Part shown: positions 9,680 through 17,404 of the stretch, in pieces | Numbering within the stretch: position 1 is the stretch's first letter | How the letters are laid out: each line of letters starts with the position of its first letter | IMG/VR virus record: IMGVR_UViG_3300037419_000760 | Span: 1 to 32,529 of that record | DNA: 32,529 nt | DNA from: a virus | Taxonomy: Duplodnaviria; Caudoviricetes | Direction: 5' to 3' (one strand) | The notes under the pieces: model-generated | Told to the model about the DNA's origin: nothing | The model's input: the letters and a program-made list of their open reading frames with translations, nothing else | The model's database searches: none | Made by a program: the position numbers and the translations under genes

Positions 9680-11115
9680 TGGATATACCAGTTCCCCGAA
9701 AAGGATTTAACAGTAAAAGATTGCCATTGCGTAGATAGAGACTGTGATGTTACCCCATCTATATTTTGCCCACCAGTTGTAGCTAGTGTAATTATATTAA
9801 CGGACGAATCTATTTTCTTAACAGTAAACTCACGACCGTCGCCAACACTAGATGCGTTTGGTAACGTAAGGGTAAAAATACCACCGCTCGCATCACCCAA
9901 AATCCAATCATCCGAATTAGTAATTGTATATGCCGCACTCTTGGTAACTATATTTGTTCTTAACCCGTTGGATTTAGAAACACCGTTAACCTCTAATTTC
10001 TCTGCGGGCTTAGGGAAACCAATACCAAGGTTACCACTGGCAGCTAAGGTCATTCTAACCGCAAGACTACCATTGAATGTTGCGAATCTTATTCCAGAAT
10101 CCACACCAGTAGATTGATCCGACGTATCGTTAAAACCTTCGATATATGGAGCGTTGGTTATTGTATATCCACCATGCGCCCCTAATAATAACTTAGCGGT
10201 ATTATTTGTAGTAAATGATCCTCCGTTTGATACAAATAATGGTACAGACGTGCTACCAGCCGCAGCACTAGTAGTTAACCCACCCTTGCCACGGAAAGAC
10301 GCCCCACCCGTATCAGTATCCGACCCATAGAAGATACTAAGGGCACTAGTTTTTCTACTAAAGACAGCAGCGACGGTTGGAGAGTTACTACCTAATGTGA
10401 ATATTGGGTGGCTTCCATCGAGAGCTAAATTACCATCCGTAATTGAAACACCAGAAGAAAGACCTAGTGTTGCGTTACTACTGAAAAAACTATCGGCGCG
10501 TAATCCAGTCGCTAGAATGTTAGTAATATTTAAAACGCCAGTTGGAAAAATGTTACTTGGCTGAATATTAATGATACCTGATCCATTCCCGTTTGGCGTA
10601 AGGTAGTCAATGTTATTACTAGCAGCACTAACAACTCCATTAGCCGCTTTTAATAAACCACTAGTGTTAGATACCTTAATGCCACTAACAACAATCCTAT
10701 TATTAGGAGCATCATATGTTACTGTAGTCGCAGCTAAACCAGTGTTTCCGTAAATAGGAATGACGCCAGATGGACCAGAAACCGCTGTCGCTCCAGAGGT
10801 ATTTATAGAATTGATTGCGTCGTGAATATCCCTGAGTGCCCCAGCTGTAATATCAGCTTGGCAAATATCATTAACTGCCAGATCAATATCAGAAGTACCC
10901 TCAAGTACCCCTGTAATATTTAATGTAGTAGCCCCACTGCTTCCAATCGCATAAATTACCACCGCACTATCTGATTGGCGAACGCAAGTCACTCTTATGG
11001 GGAATCCACCGGACCCAAAAACACTAATAGGATTAACATGTAAAACGCCATCCCCATTAATATGTGGTATGGTGATAACAGAACTTGCATTATTTACTGT
11101 ATTATAAAAACTCAT
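9676..11115 (-). CDS. Virion fibre protein (paralogue B)
   Basis: 479 aa, G/S/T/N-rich. Fibre motif GNLGIGFPKPAEKLEVNG; C-terminal YTITNSD...LTLP...GREFTVKKID domain; N-terminal ~100 aa similar to the upstream gene. Confidence 0.75.
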   Translation of the reverse strand: MSFYNTVNNASSVITIPHINGDGVLHVNPISVFGSGGFPIRVTCVRQSDSAVVIYAIGSSGATTLNITGVLEGTSDIDLAVNDICQADITAGALRDIHDAINSINTSGATAVSGPSGVIPIYGNTGLAATTVTYDAPNNRIVVSGIKVSNTSGLLKAANGVVSAASNNIDYLTPNGNGSGIINIQPSNIFPTGVLNITNILATGLRADSFFSSNATLGLSSGVSITDGNLALDGSHPIFTLGSNSPTVAAVFSRKTSALSIFYGSDTDTGGASFRGKGGLTTSAAAGSTSVPLFVSNGGSFTTNNTAKLLLGAHGGYTITNAPYIEGFNDTSDQSTGVDSGIRFATFNGSLAVRMTLAASGNLGIGFPKPAEKLEVNGVSKSNGLRTNIVTKSAAYTITNSDDWILGDASGGIFTLTLPNASSVGDGREFTVKKIDSSVNIITLATTGGQNIDGVTSQSLSTQWQSFTVKSFSGNWYIQ

Positions 11116-11125
11116 GCTTTATTCC

Positions 11126-12895
11126 TTAATTATTACCAATAACGTACCACTTGGAAACTCCATCAGATTGAATAGTTACATATTTATTCTGAGAATTTAA
11201 TATATATGCACCAACACCATCGATAGTATCGACACCAGAAGCAGTTACAGTAATAGCTCCAGACCCACCAATATTTTTCATTACAAAAACTCGACCGGGT
11301 ATTACGCTACTTGCTGGTAGCAGTATCACCGGAAAATTACCACTACCAAGAACAGTGCTATCGATATTAGTAATAGTGTAATTAGATGTCTTGATACTTG
11401 AAATTGCTGAGGCGAAACCAGTAGCAACCTGTTCGTAATCTTTTGTAGTCTTAGCAATAGCAACGTTGCTGCTGTTTTGCCATTCAGTAAGATTGGCGGA
11501 TTGGTTAGCCACCGACTTAATAACCACCCCCTTATTATTAGCGGCGGCAACATCTACATATAACCTACCATTAACCGTAGCCCCAGTATTAACCCGATTA
11601 GGCGCAATCCTTACCCCATAAGCAATATTAGTAATTAGCGTAATATCAGCATAACCCGTAGATAAATCATTTGTCTCAAGAGAAATTCCATTAGTAGATG
11701 ATTTAATGTACGGGAAATTACTGGTGTTTACACCATTCTCAACATAGGTTGAACTAGTCCCAGCCCTAATCGCGAAGATTCCCGCCCTACCTGGGACGTT
11801 TACAACCGATGCGCCCGTCGTTCCTGTGTTATCCTGCCATTCCTGAACGGAAATAAGTGTATTTTGTGTTGCTGTACCTACATCGGCTACAGAGGCAATA
11901 TCAGTCGTAGTTTTACTAAAGGTAAATGTTGTCGAGGTCGGCGTACTCGAAATCGTGTAAGTTCCGTTCAAAACAGAATTCGTAAGATTAGTGATGATGA
12001 TCGAATTTCCAGCTACGAAATTATGAGCCGATGATGTTGTAATTGTAGCAACATTTGTCGTTACGGCAACATTCGAGATGGTTGCAACGATACCAACCGC
12101 TCTTACAATTAGAGCTTTAGTCGCTGATGAATTAGAAGTAATATGAAGTTGAGCAGCGGGAATTGGCGAGTTAATACCAACTCTACCAGTTGAACCATTT
12201 GAGTTTAATTGAATTGTGGAAGCGTCAATTTTAATCGGTGTACTATAGCTACTAGTAACTATTTCGCCTTCGTTTGAACTATTCGCCCGAAAGAAAAATG
12301 CGTCGCCAATACCATTAGCGAACTGAAACCCAAGGTATGAACCATTCGCTATACTGATCTTAGAAGTTGGCGGGAAAATAGTGGTACCTAAACCTATTTT
12401 TCCATTTATATATACTAAACTAGCATCATCTGTTAATAAACCACCTGCTGTTAAAAAGGGGATTCTTCCACTCGCACCAGTGTAACTAAATCCACCACTA
12501 GCCACAACTAAACCTGTAAAAACTTTAGGGCCACTAATGGACTCAGAAATATTACCAAACTTATGGATAACTCCAGAATCATCAGCTTTATTGTTAACCG
12601 CACTATGAATATCGCTAATTGTTCCCGCTGTCAGATGAGCTTGACAAATATCATTAGCGTGTAAATCAATATCAGAAGTTCCCTCTAGAACCCCATTGAT
12701 ACGCAAAACGTCCAAGCCACTATTCTGGACACTATAAATCACAAAAGCATTATCTGATTGACGAGTACAAGTCACCCTTAATGGAAAACCCGACCCAAAA
12801 ACAGAGATTGGGCTAACGTGTAAAATACCATCTCCCGACGAGTGGGGTAGAGTTATAGTTGCGGTAGCATTATTAATTACATTAAAAAACGCCAT
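11126..12895 (-). CDS. Virion fibre protein (paralogue A)
   Basis: 589 aa with fibre repeats GKIGLGTT and GRVGINSPIPAAQLHI; shares N- and C-terminal domains with 9676-11115. Confidence 0.75.
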   Translation of the reverse strand: MAFFNVINNATATITLPHSSGDGILHVSPISVFGSGFPLRVTCTRQSDNAFVIYSVQNSGLDVLRINGVLEGTSDIDLHANDICQAHLTAGTISDIHSAVNNKADDSGVIHKFGNISESISGPKVFTGLVVASGGFSYTGASGRIPFLTAGGLLTDDASLVYINGKIGLGTTIFPPTSKISIANGSYLGFQFANGIGDAFFFRANSSNEGEIVTSSYSTPIKIDASTIQLNSNGSTGRVGINSPIPAAQLHITSNSSATKALIVRAVGIVATISNVAVTTNVATITTSSAHNFVAGNSIIITNLTNSVLNGTYTISSTPTSTTFTFSKTTTDIASVADVGTATQNTLISVQEWQDNTGTTGASVVNVPGRAGIFAIRAGTSSTYVENGVNTSNFPYIKSSTNGISLETNDLSTGYADITLITNIAYGVRIAPNRVNTGATVNGRLYVDVAAANNKGVVIKSVANQSANLTEWQNSSNVAIAKTTKDYEQVATGFASAISSIKTSNYTITNIDSTVLGSGNFPVILLPASSVIPGRVFVMKNIGGSGAITVTASGVDTIDGVGAYILNSQNKYVTIQSDGVSKWYVIGNN

Positions 12896-12904
12896 AGTTT
12901 ACCC

Positions 12905-13219
12905 TCACACTAAAGGAAGATTGCCTAATACCTTAAATTTAGTAATATCAGTATGTTGTTCGTTTGAATCGTAAATCAAATAAACCTGATATCTCCAAGA
13001 ACCAGCCTGATTTAAATCTGTATTTGATGTTCTATAAATAACAACACCATCAGAACCATCGGTCAAAAAAGATCCTTCTACTGTTAGCAAAGATCCGTCT
13101 GGCCTCTGGAATAGAAAATTATTAGTGGTCGCACTCGATAAATCTACTGTTGCATCATCCTGGTCTTTTATGGTTGACTCAAACTGAACTATATCACCCA
13201 CATGAATTTCACTAGACAT
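12905..13219 (-). CDS. Small beta-sandwich virion protein, BppU N-terminal-like
   Basis: 104 aa; pattern VGD...VDLSSAT...FQRPDG...DGVVIYRT...DLNQAGSWRYQV resembles BppU_N-type domains. Confidence 0.55.
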   Translation of the reverse strand: MSSEIHVGDIVQFESTIKDQDDATVDLSSATTNNFLFQRPDGSLLTVEGSFLTDGSDGVVIYRTSNTDLNQAGSWRYQVYLIYDSNEQHTDITKFKVLGNLPLV

Positions 13220-13454
13220 ATTTAATCTCCTCAGACTTATTCTTGATATAATTAATGTTAGTTAGTTGTTGTTTAACATAATTAACATCTGAAGATAAGG
13301 TGGTGATATAATTATTACTAACAACCCTTAACTCTATTGGTAACCCTAATGAAGTTAAAAAAGTACCAAATGTTACTGGAGTAGAAAGACCGCTCGCAGA
13401 GGAAAAAGTGGGGGTGGCGTTGAAAACATCAGTATTAAAATCATTAGTATTCAT
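13212..13454 (-). CDS. Hypothetical protein
   Basis: 80-aa ORF overlapping both neighbours, consistent with translational coupling. Confidence 0.6.
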   Translation of the reverse strand: MNTNDFNTDVFNATPTFSSASGLSTPVTFGTFLTSLGLPIELRVVSNNYITTLSSDVNYVKQQLTNINYIKNKSEEIKYV

Positions 13455-13861
13455 ATTGAGAAAATCTTATTGGGGCCACTATCAAAGGTGATATATATAT
13501 TTGCGCCCGTACTAATTACCGGCAAACCGGACGCCGTATCTATCAACATAATCAGCGGGCTTGTGGTGGTGTCGCCCGTATCTTTATATAAAAGAACGTA
13601 ATAAATATTTTGGCCGGACCCCACAAAGTTAAATGTCAAGTTATCCGCATCAGCCGCCCCACCAACCACACTTTTCCCTGCTAACTCTCTTCTGTGCTGA
13701 AGGCCGGGAACAAGTCCACTAACGTCAGATAGGTATTTATGAGCATTGAAATCTGGGATATAACTTACATTAACAAGCGTAGCTTTAATTGTATCGTTAA
13801 GCCAATCTATTCCTGATGTTAAAAACAGTTCTTTAGCGTTTGTATACATTGTATTTGCCAT
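13451..13861 (-). CDS. Conserved phage virion protein
   Basis: MANTMYTNAKELFLTSGIDWLNDTIKATLV...; GGAG RBS favours ATG 13861; resembles small minor structural proteins found beside fibre genes. Confidence 0.65.
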   Translation of the reverse strand: MANTMYTNAKELFLTSGIDWLNDTIKATLVNVSYIPDFNAHKYLSDVSGLVPGLQHRRELAGKSVVGGAADADNLTFNFVGSGQNIYYVLLYKDTGDTTTSPLIMLIDTASGLPVISTGANIYITFDSGPNKIFSI

Positions 13862-13899
13862 AACCAATCTCCATTAAACACCACTTAGTTCTAAATACA

Positions 13900-13906
13900 T
13901 ATACAC
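13900..13906 (-). promoter_or_regulatory. Candidate late-promoter element GTGTATA
   Basis: Lies immediately after the capsid-gene terminator T-tract and 39 nt before the next start codon. Confidence 0.5.
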
Positions 13907-13949
13907 AAAAAAGCCCGCTAGACACTCCAAAGAAGTATCTAGCGGACTT
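13907..13949 (-). terminator. Rho-independent terminator after the major capsid gene
   Basis: Stem 13911-13926/13934-13949 followed by T6 on the minus strand. Confidence 0.85.
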
Positions 13950-13973
13950 ATTAAAAATTTACCTAAGCCGAAC

Positions 13974-14978
13974 TTAGTAGCTGAGCAATAGAACTCGTCT
14001 GTTGTCGGCCGCGAGCCATCCAAACTCACCCCATCCGTAAAGCCCTGTTCTACGCTGCCTGTGCATAAGAGCATCCTCGAAAATCTCAACATCCTGTCGA
14101 ACCGGCATAACGAAGCTGTCAGTATGCTCAAGGTCAAGACCGACTGCCAACTCAAGGTCGCCAGTTGCCACAGCGCCACCAAGCTGATTAGTGAAGAAGT
14201 TTTGATACTCCTGCCCTTCACCAAGCTCGAAAATGTCGTGAAGGTTAACGCTGAAGATTCGTAGGAACTTGTTGTCTTCGGAAACGAAAATCTCTCGGCG
14301 AGTAAATTCGTCAACAATATCAACACCCCAGTTACGAATACCTTCAATACCTTCTGGAGACATGTAAAGGTCGGTAAGCTTAGCTTTGTTATTAGAAGCG
14401 CTATTACCACCACCGTTACGGGTCATAATGGTCTTAGCAAGGCTAATTACACGCTTTGTGAACTGCCCCGAACCAGCATCCGAATCGAAGACGACAATGT
14501 TACGGTCAACACCAGCGGCAAGTAGGGTGTGCCATCCGTCATCGTTCATTTTCTTCGTAAACTGAGCTTCAAGGACTGCCATGGCACGGTTTGCGATATC
14601 CCAACGAGCGTCACGACTGTACTTTAGAAGCCAGTCAATAGATGCCCCGATATCGTAGGTCGGGACCGAGACATAATCACCTTCAATATGCTTTTCAGGA
14701 ATACGACCAGCATTAGGAATTGTATATGCTACATAATCCTTCTGGGTTCCTGGGGCAAGGAAGTCAAGTGGGAACTCAATAGCCTGGCCGGGTTTAAAAT
14801 CGATCCGTTCAAAGATATCAGTGACGATATCACCACTCATCAAAGATTTACGAAGAGGAAGCTCAAGTGCTTTAGCTAACTCATGTGTTGCTGGTAAGGC
14901 AATTGAGGGATCGTTATCGCCTGCGGTGGCGAGAAGTACTTCCTGATCCTCTGTTGCGAAAATAGTTTCACGACTCAT
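13974..14978 (-). CDS. Major capsid protein (HK97 fold expected)
   Basis: 334 aa following the portal, protease and decoration genes; strong AGGAG RBS; terminator immediately downstream; typical C-terminus (GLYGWGEFGW...DNRRVL). Confidence 0.85.
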   Translation of the reverse strand: MSRETIFATEDQEVLLATAGDNDPSIALPATHELAKALELPLRKSLMSGDIVTDIFERIDFKPGQAIEFPLDFLAPGTQKDYVAYTIPNAGRIPEKHIEGDYVSVPTYDIGASIDWLLKYSRDARWDIANRAMAVLEAQFTKKMNDDGWHTLLAAGVDRNIVVFDSDAGSGQFTKRVISLAKTIMTRNGGGNSASNNKAKLTDLYMSPEGIEGIRNWGVDIVDEFTRREIFVSEDNKFLRIFSVNLHDIFELGEGQEYQNFFTNQLGGAVATGDLELAVGLDLEHTDSFVMPVRQDVEIFEDALMHRQRRTGLYGWGEFGWLAADNRRVLLLSY

Positions 14979-14989
14979 TTTTCAACTCC

Positions 14990-15484
14990 TTAAGCTAGGT
15001 CCACATTTAGTTTAGCATAACCATCTTCATCTTTGGCTGAACCGAACCAGCCGACATAAGGACGAAGGGCGAGATTTGGCGAGGCAGAGTAGTTAGAGGC
15101 GGTTGTATTAACAACGTTGATTGGCATAACATTACCAGAACTAGTTAAGTAAGCATTGTCGCTTACAGCAGGGGTGCCGATGATGTTATTAGTAACAACG
15201 AAGCCAATCTGAAGAATACGAACCTTTCCGCCTAACTGAACTTCATCTCTATGGAAATTAATATGTTGGCGAGTGAGGTCATAATTAACCATATCACCCA
15301 TTAGAACGCCAACTGGTCTTGCTCCACTTGAACTGGCCGCATAAGTAACTAGAGCAGAAGCCTGGTCCATTGCAGCGCCCGAACCAACTGTGCTTAGGAC
15401 TACAACGCCACCCCTAGTAGCAACTTCATTCATGAAGTAAGAAATATCTGTTTTTAATTCGTAACGATCACCTTTAAGACTCAT
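14990..15484 (-). CDS. Putative capsid decoration/cement protein
   Basis: 164 aa, beta-rich, between scaffold and capsid genes; AGGAG RBS. Confidence 0.6.
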   Translation of the reverse strand: MSLKGDRYELKTDISYFMNEVATRGGVVVLSTVGSGAAMDQASALVTYAASSSGARPVGVLMGDMVNYDLTRQHINFHRDEVQLGGKVRILQIGFVVTNNIIGTPAVSDNAYLTSSGNVMPINVVNTTASNYSASPNLALRPYVGWFGSAKDEDGYAKLNVDLA

Positions 15485-15510
15485 ATCTTATTCTCCTATT
15501 TATTACCTTA

Positions 15511-16200
15511 TTATCGCTTGCGTGATTTTTGGTTTTTAAGACTTTTGCCGATAAACTCAGAAAGAGCGGCTCTGGAAACTTCGGCATCGGCAACAACATT
15601 CGCAGCAGCAGCAGCGCCAGAATTACCTTCAACACCAGAATTAACAGCAGCAGCGGCAGTACCTAGATTGTCAGTTGTGGTTGCGGTCCCACCAGCATTA
15701 ACCTTCTGAGCACCACTGTCGTCACCAGGCTTAATCTCAGCGACTTTCTTAACTGTGTCTGGCTTATCGAGTGAACCGCTACCAGCCTTAGCCTTCTGAA
15801 CAAGAGCTAGAGCCTTATCGAAAGTCTTTTCGTCGGCGTCGGCCCAATCAAGTAGAAAAGCAGTCGCCTCTTCTTCGGTTAGACCAGCCTTGGATGTCTT
15901 GCCGGCCTTTTTGAATTCATCAATAGTCTTTTTCATAGCGTCGTTATCAGACTTAGCAACAGTGAGTTCTTTACGAACTTCCTCTAATTCGGCCTCAGCC
16001 TTTGCAGTCTTATCTTCGGCAACCTTGGTCTTTTTCTTCTCTTCATCAACCGCAGCGACTAATGAATTAACTTTATCTTCACTTGCCTTCGCGGCCTGAG
16101 TCTGACTATCTTTAAGTTCCTTGGCTAATGCAGCCTTCTCGGCTTGTAGAAGTTCGAGAGCTTTAGAAAGTTCAGATACGGTTTTTTCTGTGTCTGCCAT
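15511..16200 (-). CDS. Nested in-frame scaffold protein (229 aa, MADTEKTVSEL...)
   Basis: GAGGAG 7 nt upstream of the in-frame ATG at 16200, exactly where the coiled coil begins. Confidence 0.65.
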   Translation of the reverse strand: MADTEKTVSELSKALELLQAEKAALAKELKDSQTQAAKASEDKVNSLVAAVDEEKKKTKVAEDKTAKAEAELEEVRKELTVAKSDNDAMKKTIDEFKKAGKTSKAGLTEEEATAFLLDWADADEKTFDKALALVQKAKAGSGSLDKPDTVKKVAEIKPGDDSGAQKVNAGGTATTTDNLGTAAAAVNSGVEGNSGAAAAANVVADAEVSRAALSEFIGKSLKNQKSRKR

Positions 16201-17031
16201 ATTTAACTCCTCGTTATTGTTCAGGTTATCAACCTCTGATGAATTTATATACCCCAAATTTGCAAAAGTGGATTTAAAACTTGCTACATTATTAAAAATA
16301 ATACTTTCTGGATTAGCAGGCTTCTCAACGAGACCCTTTCCAGAGAACACTAAATTTGAAATAACGCGACCAATTTTATCCCCTTTATACTTACCTGTAC
16401 CACCGTAAGCTCTAAGGTGTTTTGTAAGGAAAGCGCTCTCTTCGTCACGAGCAACAATTCTACAATCACCTTTAGCATCATAGAAACCATAATTAAATCC
16501 ACGGAATAAACATTCCATAGAAACAAACCATTTATCTTCACCAATTTCTGCAATAATCTTTTCAATACGTTCTGCCTGATCTTTATCAGCCCAAGCCTTA
16601 TAAATAACAGCACTTGTTAGGATGTGGAATTTATCAGGAACATCATCTAAAACAGAATCATCGGCGATAGCAGTGTAATCACAATCAACAGCACAATTAC
16701 TGGTAATATGACCAATGATATCCAACTGGTTATGTCCATAATTAAAAGGCTTATCTTCGGGTGTGTGTCGAGCCGCCCAAGTAGGTTCTTTAACGAAAAT
16801 GTCATCATTTAAATTCCAACCAGTCGTAACTAGGATAGTGTCTAAATAGAACAGATCCATCTGACCTTTATTAGCCGCCGCAGTCGTTTTATCGTAAATA
16901 CTCTGAATAATTTCCTGCTTAGCCTTTTCGACAGCCTTAGCAGGAGAGGTATAAGCAATAGAAGCGTTGGACCGAACTAAATGATCAATCCCATCCTTTT
17001 TCTCAGCGGCAAAAATAGGAATTTCCCACAT
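15511..17031 (-). CDS. Prohead protease fused to a C-terminal coiled-coil scaffold
   Basis: N-terminal globular part with WNLNDD, KPFNYGH and FVSMEC motifs; C-terminal A/K/E-rich coiled coil; lies between portal and capsid genes. Confidence 0.75.
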   Translation of the reverse strand: MWEIPIFAAEKKDGIDHLVRSNASIAYTSPAKAVEKAKQEIIQSIYDKTTAAANKGQMDLFYLDTILVTTGWNLNDDIFVKEPTWAARHTPEDKPFNYGHNQLDIIGHITSNCAVDCDYTAIADDSVLDDVPDKFHILTSAVIYKAWADKDQAERIEKIIAEIGEDKWFVSMECLFRGFNYGFYDAKGDCRIVARDEESAFLTKHLRAYGGTGKYKGDKIGRVISNLVFSGKGLVEKPANPESIIFNNVASFKSTFANLGYINSSEVDNLNNNEELNMADTEKTVSELSKALELLQAEKAALAKELKDSQTQAAKASEDKVNSLVAAVDEEKKKTKVAEDKTAKAEAELEEVRKELTVAKSDNDAMKKTIDEFKKAGKTSKAGLTEEEATAFLLDWADADEKTFDKALALVQKAKAGSGSLDKPDTVKKVAEIKPGDDSGAQKVNAGGTATTTDNLGTAAAAVNSGVEGNSGAAAAANVVADAEVSRAALSEFIGKSLKNQKSRKR

Positions 17032-17032
17032 G

Positions 17033-17404
17033 TTACTTACCTCGTTTACTTAGGATATATTTATTAGTGTCAGACTTGGCGCGTTCGATAATTTCTTTAG
17101 TAAGACTAGCCTTAACTTTTTTCACAACCTCTTTAGCAACCGCCGCACCACTTAACACAATCTCAACCTTACCATCAGCTTTGATAGACGCCGTAGCCGA
17201 ACAGTAATTTACATATGAGGAAAAATCATCATCGTTGGTCGCATTATTCGCAGAGATATTCCAAGAGACCTTTGGTTTATTCTTCGTGTAATAATCGTTA
17301 TACATATAAGCTGATGCAGAGGTGACCTCGTTAACATCTTTGCCATCAATACTTGCCCTCAGAGTATTCTCTTCAGTATCAATCGTTATCGTCACTATCG
17401 CCAT
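17033..17404 (-). CDS. Hypothetical protein (123 aa)
   Basis: GGAG RBS before ATG 17404 (MAIVTITID...); the longer start in the ORF track lies deep inside the portal gene. Confidence 0.65.
   Translation of the reverse strand: MAIVTITIDTEENTLRASIDGKDVNEVTSASAYMYNDYYTKNKPKVSWNISANNATNDDDFSSYVNYCSATASIKADGKVEIVLSGAAVAKEVVKKVKASLTKEIIERAKSDTNKYILSKRGK

Noticed and set aside
9676-12895. Diversity-generating retroelement or invertible fibre switch
   Set aside because: No reverse transcriptase or invertase in the window; the paralogous segments are co-oriented, both coding, and the differences do not look adenine-specific.
13874-14413. 179-aa minus-strand ORF overlapping the capsid gene, and similar alternate-frame or antisense ORFs across the late arm
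   Set aside because: They overlap well-supported genes, lack an RBS and have non-protein-like composition; this one also runs through the terminator.
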